Positions 30,004 through 39,086 of a DNA stretch of 64,000 bases are shown one piece after another. Below the pieces are notes generated by a model, which ran no database searches, was not told the origin of the DNA, and saw only the letters and a list, made by a program, of their open reading frames with translations. Origin of the DNA: Nitrospirota bacterium (GTDB lineage Bacteria > Nitrospirota > UBA9217); the NCBI GenBank assembly GCA_963790205.1, contig CAWBNQ010000001.1, positions 416,001 through 480,000 on the forward strand, in the 5' to 3' direction. The number at the start of each line of letters is the position of its first letter. Position 1 is the stretch's first letter. The position numbers and the translations under genes were made by a program.

Positions 30004-32676
30004 ATGGCAAATCTTTCTATCAATGGCAGGAAAATTACTGTTCCCAACAATAGTACCATTCTCGACGCTGCGCGGCGAAATGACATCTATATCCCGACGC
30101 TCTGCGACGACCCGAGGCTCGAACCCTACGGCGGATGCAGGCTCTGCCTCATCCAGGTGAAAGGCATGCCCAGGCCGGTGACCGCGTGCACCACGCCGGT
30201 CACCGAGGGCATGGAAGTCGAGACCACGAACGAGCAGATCGAGCGCCAGCGCCGTACCATTGTCGAACTTCTCCTGTCCGACCATCCCAACGACTGCATG
30301 GTCTGCGAGCGGGCCGGTGACTGCACGCTCCAGGAACTGGCCTACTTCTACGAGATCCGGTCGAACCGCTTCGCCGGAGAGCGGCGACAGTATACGAAAA
30401 AGGACCTGAACCCCTTCATCGAGCGCGACATGGAGAAGTGCATACTCTGCGGCAAGTGCGTGCGCGTGTGCGACGAGATCCAGGGCCTCGGCGCGATCGA
30501 TATCGCGGGGAGGGGCTTCACCGCCAAGGTAACGCCGCCCTTTGAAAAGGACCTGGACTGCGAGTTCTGCGGCCAGTGCGTCAGTATCTGTCCCACCGGC
30601 GCGCTCATCGGCAAGCAGTCGCTCGGCAAGGGCAGGCAGAAGGACGTGAAGGAGGTCGAGACCGTCTGCGGCTACTGCGGGTGCGGGTGCAACCTCACCC
30701 TGCATGTGAGCAGGAACGAAGTGGTCCGCGTCACCTCGCGGCCGGACACGATCAACGAGGGCTGGCTCTGCGTCAAGGGACGGTTCGGATACAGCTTTAT
30801 CAACAGCCCGGACCGGCTCACGACGCCGCTCGTCAAGAAGGACGGTTTGTTCATTGAAGCGTCCTGGGACGAGGCCTTCGCCCTCATTGCCGAACGCTTA
30901 AGCGCCATCAAGGAAAAACACGGGCCCGATGCCATCGGCGGGCTCTCTTCGGCCCGGTGCACCAACGAGGAAAATTATCTTTTCCAGAAATTCATCCGCG
31001 CAGGCATCGGCACGAACAACGTCGATCACTGCGCGCGCTACTGACACAGCTCGACCGTGGCCGGTCTGGCCACCGTATTCGGTTCCGGGGCAATGACGAA
31101 CTCGATCGCCGAGATCGAGAACAACGACGTACTGTTCGTCATCGGCTCGAACACCAAGGAGAACCACCCCATCGTAGCGCTTCGGATGATCAAGGCGAAG
31201 CGCAAAGGAGCGAAGATCATCATCGCCGACCCGAGGCGGGTCCCGATGGTCCGGTTCGCGGACATCTGGATGCAGCACAAGCCCGGCACGGATGTGGCGC
31301 TTTTGAACGGGATGATGCATGTGCTCCTGAAGGAAGGCCTGGTCAAGAAGGATTTCATCTCTTCCATGACCGAAGGGTTCGATGACGAGTTCAGGAAGAA
31401 TATCGAGGACTTTACGCCCGAGGCCGCCTCGAAGATCACCGGCGTACCCGCGGACACGATCGTCAAGGCCGCGCGCCTGTACGGGAGCTCGGACCGCGCC
31501 GGTATCTACTATACGATGGGAATCACCCAGCATGCCCACGGCACGGAGAACGTGTTCTCCATCGCCAATCTCGCGCTCATGACCGGAAACCTCGGCAAGG
31601 AGGCTGCCGGCGTCAACCCGCTCCGCGGACAGAACAATGTCCAGGGCGCCACGGACATGGGATGCATCCCGAACATGTATCCCGGATACCAGCGCGTGAA
31701 CATACCGGCGATCCGGGAGAAGTTCGAGGCCCTGTGGAAGGCAAAGCTCTCCGAAAAGGAGGGGCTTACCGCCACGGATATGCTTCCGGCCGCGGAAAAA
31801 GGCATCATCAAGGCCCTGTACATCATGGGAGAAAATCCGGTCATCAGCGATCCCGACGTTGCCCATACCACCAAGGCGCTCAAGGCGCTCGATTTCCTCG
31901 TCGTGCAGGACATCTTCATGACCGAAACGGCCGCGCTTGCGCATGTCGTATTGCCCGCCTCATCGTTCGCGGAGAAGGTCGGGACGTTCACGAACACCGA
32001 GCGGAGGGTTCAGCGCGTGAGAAGGGCGGTCAACTCCCCCGGGGACGCGATGAAGGACTCGCTCATCATCATGGAACTCTCGAAGCGGATGGGCTACGAA
32101 ATGTCCTATCCGCATACCGTCGAGATCTTCCGCGAGATCGGACAGGCCTGGCCCGCGATGGCGGGGATGAGCTATGCCAGGCTCGAGGACGGCGGCCTCC
32201 AGTGGCCCTGTCCCACGCCGGAACATCCGGGAACGCAGTTCCTGTTCAAGGGCGGATTCCCGCGCGGCAAGGGCAGGCTTACGCTCGTGAAATACAAACA
32301 GTCGGTTGAGCTTACTGACAAGGACTATCCGTTCATCTTGACCACGGGGCGGCAGTTGTTCCAGTACCACACCGGCGGCATGACGCGCCGGGTAAAGCCG
32401 ATCAACACGGTCTCGCCGGAGTCCTACGTCGAGATCAACCCAGATGATGCCCGGTCCCTTTCAATCAAGGGCGGATCGAACGTGAAGGTGAGCTCGCGCA
32501 GGGGTTCCATTACCGTGAAGGCGTTGGTGTCGAAGAGGCCGGCAAAAGGCGTCGTGTTCATACCCTTCCACTTCAAGGAAGCGGCGGCCAATGTGCTTAC
32601 GAGCAGCAGCTCCCTCGATCCCATAGCCAAGATCCCGTCGTTCAAGGTCTCGGCGGTGAGGATCGAAAAGGCGTAA
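30004..32676 (+). CDS. fdhA: Selenocysteine formate dehydrogenase alpha subunit with NuoG-like N-terminal FeS domains (890 aa by UGA read-through)
   Basis: ORFs 30004-31044 and 31057-32676 share a frame across TGA 31042-44: DHCARY-U-HSSTVAGL..FGSGAMTN; RGQNNVQG; CGYCGCGC. Confidence 0.93.
31045..31076 (+). promoter_or_regulatory. Bacterial SECIS element
   Basis: GTGGCC-GGTCT-GGCCAC hairpin (31057-31073) starting 12 nt after the UGA; loop resembles the E. coli fdhF SECIS. Confidence 0.85.
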
Positions 32677-32691
32677 TCCTCAAATAGGGAT

Positions 32692-32763
32692 TAACCACAG
32701 AGAACGCAGAGGGGCGTCTTGTCCTTAATCCTTGTGCAGCTTACTCTGTGACCTCTGTGGTTA
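32692..32763. repeat. 9-bp micro-repeat cassette with inverted arms (ACCACAGAG family)
   Basis: TAACCACAGAG AACGCAGAG ... CTCTGTGAC CTCTGTGGTTA; outer 11 bp are a perfect inverted repeat. Confidence 0.8.
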
Positions 32764-32797
32764 GAAGGTTTAACAGTTTTTCAACGAGGAGGAAACA

Positions 32798-33256
32798 ATG
32801 GCCGACAAATCGGAACTCAAGAAACAGATACTCTTCAGCGATCTGACCGACGCCGAGCTCGGCATGATGGCGCAGAAGATCGTCGTCGAGAACTACGCAA
32901 AAGGGACGGCCATATTCAAAGCAGGCGAGCCCACGAAAGGCATCTACCTGGTGAAGACCGGGAAGGTGGAGATCTCGATGACCACCGCCGACGGGTGGAA
33001 GCAGACCCTTGCCATCCTCCTGGAAAACCATATTTTCGGCGAGCTCGCCGTTATCGAAGACAAGCAGACCCACGGCGCAGACGCCACGGCCATCGAGGCC
33101 ACGGAAGTCTACCGCATCAAGGCCGACGACTTCAAAGCACTCGAAAAAAGCGATACGAACATGATGTATAAGATCATGAAGACCATGGCCCGCATTGCGA
33201 GCAGGAACGTGCACTCCATGAACGAGAAGCTCATGAAGCTCCTGATCAGCTATTAA
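32798..33256 (+). CDS. Stand-alone cyclic-nucleotide-binding domain protein
   Basis: LFSDL, IFKAGE, IYLVKTGKVEI, IFGELA, ADATA; no HTH follows. Confidence 0.85.
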   Translation: MADKSELKKQILFSDLTDAELGMMAQKIVVENYAKGTAIFKAGEPTKGIYLVKTGKVEISMTTADGWKQTLAILLENHIFGELAVIEDKQTHGADATAIEATEVYRIKADDFKALEKSDTNMMYKIMKTMARIASRNVHSMNEKLMKLLISY

Positions 33257-33260
33257 ATAA

Positions 33261-33288
33261 CCGTTCAAGCGGTTCAAACGGCTTAAAC
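33261..33288. repeat. 9-bp quasi-palindromic tandem units (CnGTTYAAA family)
   Basis: CCGTTCAAG CGGTTCAAA CGGCTTAAA C. Confidence 0.7.
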
Positions 33289-33315
33289 TAAAATTTTCTA
33301 CAAGGGAGGTTAAGA

Positions 33316-35079
33316 ATGGCACTGGATCCTACGAAGCACGCGGATTGGGAAATCGCGGAAGATTCTGAGAAGCACATGAGGCCTATCACCGAGATCGCGA
33401 AAAAGATGGGGCTCAACGATGACGAGCTGCTCCTGCACGGCCATCATATTGCAAAGATCGATTTCAAGAAAGTGCTCAAGCGTTTTGAGGGAAAGCCGGA
33501 CGGCAAGTACATAGACGTCACGGCCATTACGCCCACGCCGCTCGGCGAAGGCAAGTCCACCTCGACCATTGGGCTCACCCAGGGCCTCGGCAAGCGCGGC
33601 AAGAACGTGATCGCCGCGATCCGCCAGCCCTCGGGCGGCCCTACCATGAACATCAAGGGCTCGGCGGCCGGCGGCGGTCTTTCGCAGGTCATCCCGCTCA
33701 CGCCGTTCTCGCTGGGCCTGACCGGCGACATCAATGCCATCATGAACGCGCACAACCTTGCGATGGTGGCCTTGACCTCCCGGATGCAGCATGAGTTCAA
33801 CTACAATGACGAGCAGCTTTCCAAGAGAAAATTAAAGCGGCTGAATATCGATCCGCACAACGTGGAAATGAAGTGGATCATGGATTTTTGCGCCCAGTCG
33901 CTCCGCGAGATCACGATCGGCATGGGCGGCAAGTCGAACGGCTTTATGATGAAGTCCGGTTTTGCCATTGCCGTGTCTTCCGAGGTCATGGCCATCCTGG
34001 CAGTTGCCAAGGACCTTAAGGACATGCGGGAGCGTATGGGCAGGATCGTGGTTGCCTACAGCAAGGACGGCACGCCGGTCACCACGGCGGACCTCGGAGT
34101 GGACGGAGCCATGACCGCGTGGATGGTCGAGGCCCTCAATCCGAATCTGCTCCAGACCATCGAAGGCCAGCCCGTGTTCGTGCACGCAGGGCCCTTCGCA
34201 AATATCGCTATCGGCCAGTCCTCCATTATCGCAGACCGCGTGGGCCTGAAACTCGGCGACTATGTCGTGACCGAGTCGGGCTTTGCCGCGGACATCGGCT
34301 TCGAGAAATTTTGGAACCTCAAGTGCCGCATGTCCGGCCTCAAGCCGCATGCAGCCGTGGTCGTTGCAACGATCCGTGCGCTCAAGTGCCACGGCGGCGC
34401 GCCGATCCCGGTGCCGGGCAAGCCCATGCCTGCCGAATACAAGGGAGAAAACGTCGGCTGGGTCGAGAAGGGCTGCGATAACCTTATCCACCACATCAAG
34501 ACCGTGAAAAAGGCCGGCATCAACCCCGTGGTCTGCATCAATGCCTTCTACACCGACACGGACAATGAGATCAAGGCTGTTCGGAGGCTCGCCGAGGCGG
34601 CGGGCGCGCGCGTGGCCCTGTCCCGTCACTGGGAAAAGGGAGGCGATGGCGCTCTGGAATTCGCCGATGCGGTCATTGACGCGTGCAACGAGAAAAACGA
34701 CTTCAAGTTCCTCTACGAGCTTAGCACGCCGCTCCGTCAGCGCATCGACCTGATTGCGAAGGAGGTTTACGGCGCGGACGGTGTCGATTATACGCCCGAG
34801 GCGGAGGCCAAGGCCAAGAAGATGGAGGCGGACCCCGATCTCGCCAAGATGGGCGTCTGCATGGTGAAGACGCACCTCTCGCTCACGGACAACCCGACCA
34901 TCAAGGGAGTTCCCAGGGGCTGGAGGCTCCGCATTCGCGATATCCTGACCTACAAGGGCGCGGGCTTCGTGGTTCCCGTTGCCGGCACGATTACACTTAT
35001 GCCCGGCACATCTTCCGATCCGGCATATCGTCGTGTGGACGTGGATGTGGAGACCGGGAAGGTAAAGGGCGTGTTCTAG
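33316..35079 (+). CDS. fhs: Formate--tetrahydrofolate ligase
   Basis: [46 protein letters not shown]. Confidence 0.97.
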   Translation: MALDPTKHADWEIAEDSEKHMRPITEIAKKMGLNDDELLLHGHHIAKIDFKKVLKRFEGKPDGKYIDVTAITPTPLGEGKSTSTIGLTQGLGKRGKNVIAAIRQPSGGPTMNIKGSAAGGGLSQVIPLTPFSLGLTGDINAIMNAHNLAMVALTSRMQHEFNYNDEQLSKRKLKRLNIDPHNVEMKWIMDFCAQSLREITIGMGGKSNGFMMKSGFAIAVSSEVMAILAVAKDLKDMRERMGRIVVAYSKDGTPVTTADLGVDGAMTAWMVEALNPNLLQTIEGQPVFVHAGPFANIAIGQSSIIADRVGLKLGDYVVTESGFAADIGFEKFWNLKCRMSGLKPHAAVVVATIRALKCHGGAPIPVPGKPMPAEYKGENVGWVEKGCDNLIHHIKTVKKAGINPVVCINAFYTDTDNEIKAVRRLAEAAGARVALSRHWEKGGDGALEFADAVIDACNEKNDFKFLYELSTPLRQRIDLIAKEVYGADGVDYTPEAEAKAKKMEADPDLAKMGVCMVKTHLSLTDNPTIKGVPRGWRLRIRDILTYKGAGFVVPVAGTITLMPGTSSDPAYRRVDVDVETGKVKGVF

Positions 35080-35083
35080 AGAA

Positions 35084-35104
35084 AATTCAAGATTCAAAAT
35101 TCAA
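35084..35104. repeat. 7-bp tandem micro-repeat (AATTCAA x3)
   Basis: AATTCAA GATTCAA AATTCAA just after the fhs stop. Confidence 0.55.
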
Positions 35105-35138
35105 AAGCCCGTTCCGGCATGTCCGGAATGGGCTTTTT
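35103..35138. terminator. Bidirectional intrinsic terminator between fhs and tatA
   Basis: AAAAGCCCGTTCCGG-CATGT-CCGGAATGGGCTTTTT. Confidence 0.8.
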
Positions 35139-35179
35139 AGTGAGTATTACCGGCGGAACCATTCTAATAAAAAGTGCCC

Positions 35180-35380
35180 CTATGAGCTCTTTTTCCCGTC
35201 GTCTTGCGAACCGGACTTGGTCATTTCTTTCGGCTCATCCTTATCGTTCAGTGCTTTCTTAAATGCTTTTATACTTTTTCCCAGTCCCGCCCCAAGTTCA
35301 GGCAGCTTGCCCGGACCAAAGATGATCAGTACGATCACTAAAATAATGATCAAATGCATCGGCTGAAAAAGGCCTTCCAT
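35180..35380 (-). CDS. tatA: Twin-arginine translocase TatA/E
   Basis: [42 protein letters not shown]. Confidence 0.92.
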   Translation of the reverse strand: MEGLFQPMHLIIILVIVLIIFGPGKLPELGAGLGKSIKAFKKALNDKDEPKEMTKSGSQDDGKKSS

Positions 35381-35720
35381 GGAATATCCTCCTTGTGTGT
35401 TTCATTGCTTGAGCATGTGCCAGAAGCGTAACCGTATCATGGAACAGCATCGACGTTTGTCACCCGGTTTACGTGACCTTCGATGCTTCCCTTCCCCATC
35501 CCATCAGGATATGCCGGAAAAGCGTCCATTTCAAATCATGGTTCAAACACTGTCTTGTTACACTGTTATCTGTATTCAGAATGACCGCTATCAACATCAT
35601 GTTTCGCATCCTTCAAATAAGGCTTCGAAGAGTCTTGTAATTAAAAGTATCTCCCTTTTTTCATTCCCCATGGCCTCGTCTCGCAGAAAACTCATCCCAT
35701 GGCAGGCAAAGCAAAGTATC

Positions 35721-36647
35721 TTATTTCAGTATCGAAGAGCCGCCAACGCCAATAAGAAAAAACATCTGCCGCTCCCGGTTTCGGTCTTCCAGATTGTACC
35801 CGATCTCTGCAAAGAAATGACTCTCGTCGAAAAACCAGTTCTTATGGCTCTGTTCCGAATAAAAAAGAACTCCTATCTGCTGCCTCGTCAGGTCGGCCGC
35901 CTCAGCGTGCACGAGTTCGTAATAGGGACCGAGGAATATGCTGCCATTGCCGGGTCCGCCGCTGATCTCTTTCAGCACCTGCGTGCGGTTCGCGTAGAGA
36001 TGGTCGCCGTTTCTGAGCAGGGTATCGTATTCCTGTTCAAGAAAGAAGGGTCCCATGCCCGGGAACCGGTATCGTGCGATGTCCGATTGATTGCGGAGAA
36101 CAATATCACCGATCTTCAGCTGGACCGTGGGCTGGAACAATATCCGACTGCCGAAGCCTGATTCTTCAGTTCCCCTCCGCGCCCTGAGTTCTTGATTGCC
36201 GAAGGGATCCTTGCCCGACGAAAAGGACAGCAGTCCGCCGTTTCTTCCGAAATAATAATAGCCGTCGCATTGCAGCCGGGCGACAAGAAAAAGGGCGGGC
36301 ATCCATTCGAACGCGATCGACGGCTGCGTATAAGCGGGGTTGACGTCAATGCCCGCCCCCGTTTGCCAGTAGGAGCTTACTGTGTCATAGTGATCATCGT
36401 AGCGATACGAATCCTTATACTCAAAACCTCCGGATGCGTCAGCTCCCAGCGGATTGTAGGTCCCGATTAAATCTGCATATGCCGACCACTCTTTGCCCAG
36501 TTTCTCCTTGGTCTCCGGTGCTTTTTCCTGAAGGTTCTGGTCGGATGACTTCGACGCTTCGTCGGCCAATGCTTCAGGCAAAAAGAACAGATGAAAAAAA
36601 ACCAACAGCATGAGCAGGCCGGATGCGAACGCTGCCGGCCTCCTCAT
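35721..36647 (-). CDS. Exported protein, possibly an outer-membrane beta-barrel
   Basis: Signal peptide ending ALA/DE; alternating aromatic/Gly strands; alternative coupled GTG start at 36734. Confidence 0.65.
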   Translation of the reverse strand: MRRPAAFASGLLMLLVFFHLFFLPEALADEASKSSDQNLQEKAPETKEKLGKEWSAYADLIGTYNPLGADASGGFEYKDSYRYDDHYDTVSSYWQTGAGIDVNPAYTQPSIAFEWMPALFLVARLQCDGYYYFGRNGGLLSFSSGKDPFGNQELRARRGTEESGFGSRILFQPTVQLKIGDIVLRNQSDIARYRFPGMGPFFLEQEYDTLLRNGDHLYANRTQVLKEISGGPGNGSIFLGPYYELVHAEAADLTRQQIGVLFYSEQSHKNWFFDESHFFAEIGYNLEDRNRERQMFFLIGVGGSSILK

Positions 36648-36730
36648 GCTGTATTTTTCCCGTGACGCATAAGAATGTCGGTATCGTTTGCAGCGGGATA
36701 CCCGTGTCAGCTCTGGAGCGCCGGTGCCGA

Positions 36731-37549
36731 TCACGGCCTTACGGAATGGCTTGGCCCGCAGGCCCGATCTTTGAAGAAATGAATGATCTCATCTGCAGCC
36801 ACGCTGCGCTGGTTGTCGATCGGGACCATATGGTAACAGTCGTCGAGCAAGAGCATGTGGACGTCCTTGCTTTTGATATGCTTCTGCACATACAAAGCGT
36901 TCTTTGCACTCGCAAGGTCGTCCTCCTTCGAATGGACGATGAGCGTCGGCGCCGTCACCCTGGCAATGACCTTTTTCTTCATGACACCGATAAGCCGGTA
37001 AAGCTCTCGCATGCTGACACCGGGAACGCTTTCGTGGGCAATCGAGCTGTCCCGCATGCCTTCGACGATCCGGACCCGGAGTGCTTCGTTCTTGATGCCG
37101 TAGGGTTCCCGTTCTTTGAAGGAGTAGACATGGCAGGCGGGAGCAACGTAAGCCAGCGGCAGCAGGAATTTATACCAGGGAAGTCCCCAGCCGTCATAAA
37201 ACAAGGTGGTCGAAATAAGCGAAACAGCGTTTACCTCTTCTTCAAGATCAGCGGACAATTTAAGCGCCAAAAGCGCGCCCATGCACAGTCCGGCAACGGA
37301 AACGGTCTCATGGGTGCGCTTCAGTTCCTTGAACGAGTCGTACACAGTCCCGTACCAGTCCTGCCACCGGGTCTTCTTCAGGTCCGCGAGCGTCGAACCG
37401 TGGCCCGCGAGACAGGGCCCCATTACGGTGAAGCCGGCGCCGTTCAGTTGCCTGGCCAGATATTTCATCTCATAAGGGCTTCCGGTCAGACCGTGGATCA
37501 GGAGAACGGCATGGTCTCCGCCGCTCATGTCTATTTTATGATCATTCAT
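36731..37549 (-). CDS. Alpha/beta hydrolase (carboxylesterase-like) with Cys nucleophile
   Basis: LIHGLTG, GHG, elbow GLCMG, HSKEDD, CYHM. Confidence 0.88.
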   Translation of the reverse strand: MNDHKIDMSGGDHAVLLIHGLTGSPYEMKYLARQLNGAGFTVMGPCLAGHGSTLADLKKTRWQDWYGTVYDSFKELKRTHETVSVAGLCMGALLALKLSADLEEEVNAVSLISTTLFYDGWGLPWYKFLLPLAYVAPACHVYSFKEREPYGIKNEALRVRIVEGMRDSSIAHESVPGVSMRELYRLIGVMKKKVIARVTAPTLIVHSKEDDLASAKNALYVQKHIKSKDVHMLLLDDCYHMVPIDNQRSVAADEIIHFFKDRACGPSHSVRP

Positions 37550-38771
37550 ATTTCCTCACGATAAGCACGGCGTTTGTTCCTCCGAAGGCGAATGAATTCG
37601 ACATGACGGTTTTAAGATCCAATCCGGTCCTGGCCTTCACCGGCACGTAGTCGAGATCGCACTCCGGGTCCGGTACGGTCAGGGTTGATGTGGGCGGCGC
37701 TGTCTGATGTTTAAGCGCGAGGACCGCTGCAACGAGCTCTATCGCTCCGGCCGCGCCCAGGAGATGGCCGTGCATCGATTTTGTGGAGCTGACGGGGATA
37801 TCGTAGGCCCGCCTGCCGAACACCTTTTTGATCGCCTGGGTCTCGGCCAGGTCATTGGCGACCGTAGCCGTACCATGGGCATTGATGTAATCAATATCCC
37901 CGGGGCTGATGCGTGCTTCTTCCAGCGCTGCCTCGATCGCATATGCCTGACCCTCCACGGAGGGCTTGGTAATATGGCTGGCGTCCGCTGTCGAGCCGTA
38001 GCCGATCATCTCGCCGTAAATGCGGGCGCCGCGGTGCAGCGCCCGTTCAAGGGTCTCCAGCACTATGACTGCGGCCCCTTCGCCCAAAACGAAACCGGTC
38101 CGGTCCTTTGAAAAGGGCCTGCAGGAGGTCGACAGGTCGTCCGCTTCCAGCGCCAGGGTCCCGATCGAGTCCCAGCTCATCATAACCCCGAAGGTGAGGA
38201 GCGATTCCGTCCCACCGGCAAGCATGACATCGGCATATCCATGCTTGATCTGACGAAAGGCCTCGCCGATAGCCACCGCAGAGGATGAACAGGCGGTGGA
38301 GAACGTCAGGCAGGGGCCCTTCATTCCGTGCTCGATCGAAAGGCAGGAGGCGGCCGCATTGTTCATCACCATGACAACCGTGAGCGGATGGACCCGCCTG
38401 GCGTTCTGCAGCAGGACCTCTGTATAGGAGTCATCAAGGGTCCGCGCGCCCCCCATGCCGGTCCCCAGATACACCCCGCACCTTCTTGTCTCCTCAGCCG
38501 TGAGCTGCAGGCCTGCGTCCTTGACCGCCTGGGCGCCGGCAACCAGGGCAAACTGGCTCACCCTGTCCAGCGTCCGCGCAATTTTTTTGGGAAAGTGCTC
38601 TTCGGCCTTGAAGTCCGCTTCGGCGGCGATCCTGATCGACAACCGCTTGTCGAAATCCTGCGATAATCTCCTGATCCCCGATTTTCCCGCCGCCAGGCTG
38701 CTGAAAAAATCTTCACACGTATTTCCCACGGGCGAGACGACGCCCATGCCGGTAATGACCACTCGCCTCAT
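37542..38771 (-). CDS. fabF: Beta-ketoacyl-ACP synthase (FabF-like, accessory copy)
   Basis: RRVVITGMG, TACSSS, NAHGTAT, KSMHGHLLGAAG, SNSFAFGG. Confidence 0.9.
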   Translation of the reverse strand: MRRVVITGMGVVSPVGNTCEDFFSSLAAGKSGIRRLSQDFDKRLSIRIAAEADFKAEEHFPKKIARTLDRVSQFALVAGAQAVKDAGLQLTAEETRRCGVYLGTGMGGARTLDDSYTEVLLQNARRVHPLTVVMVMNNAAASCLSIEHGMKGPCLTFSTACSSSAVAIGEAFRQIKHGYADVMLAGGTESLLTFGVMMSWDSIGTLALEADDLSTSCRPFSKDRTGFVLGEGAAVIVLETLERALHRGARIYGEMIGYGSTADASHITKPSVEGQAYAIEAALEEARISPGDIDYINAHGTATVANDLAETQAIKKVFGRRAYDIPVSSTKSMHGHLLGAAGAIELVAAVLALKHQTAPPTSTLTVPDPECDLDYVPVKARTGLDLKTVMSNSFAFGGTNAVLIVRKYE

Positions 38772-38784
38772 GCATACACCCCGG

Positions 38785-39045
38785 TCATACCGCTTTCACA
38801 TGCTGCTCGGCGGCCAATCGATCGATGACATCGATCATGTCTTGAATGGAATTGAGCGTTACTTCGCGGTCGGGGATTTTGATGTCGAACTCCTTTTCGA
38901 GGGCGAACATGAACTCGATCTTATCGAGCGAGTCAAGGCCGAGGCTTTCGATGGTCGCCGCCGGCTGCAGGCGTTCCTCCTCGAAATCAAAGTTTTCGAG
39001 AAACAGTTTTTTAATGCGTTCATAGGTACTCACGGTGTGTTTCAT
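38785..39045 (-). CDS. Acyl carrier protein
   Basis: LGLDSLD phosphopantetheine site, LEKEFDIKIPD. Confidence 0.92.
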   Translation of the reverse strand: MKHTVSTYERIKKLFLENFDFEEERLQPAATIESLGLDSLDKIEFMFALEKEFDIKIPDREVTLNSIQDMIDVIDRLAAEQHVKAV

Positions 39046-39086
39046 TCTCCTTTTCGTCTGGTTTGTCGGGAAGCCGGTCGTCCCGT

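Noticed and set aside
31057..32676. Separate 539-aa gene or nonsense-split pseudogene
   Set aside because: In-frame UGA at the catalytic position plus a SECIS indicates one selenoprotein
13591..35104. Micro-repeats as a CRISPR array
   Set aside because: Units are 7-9 bp with no regular unique spacers and no cas genes
35407..35422. sigma54 promoter for tatA (TGGCAC on the minus strand)
   Set aside because: GG-to-GC spacing is 13 rather than 12 and there is no TTGC
35379..36161. 260-aa plus-strand ORF
   Set aside because: No recognisable motifs; overlaps the exported-protein gene antisense and the tatA upstream region
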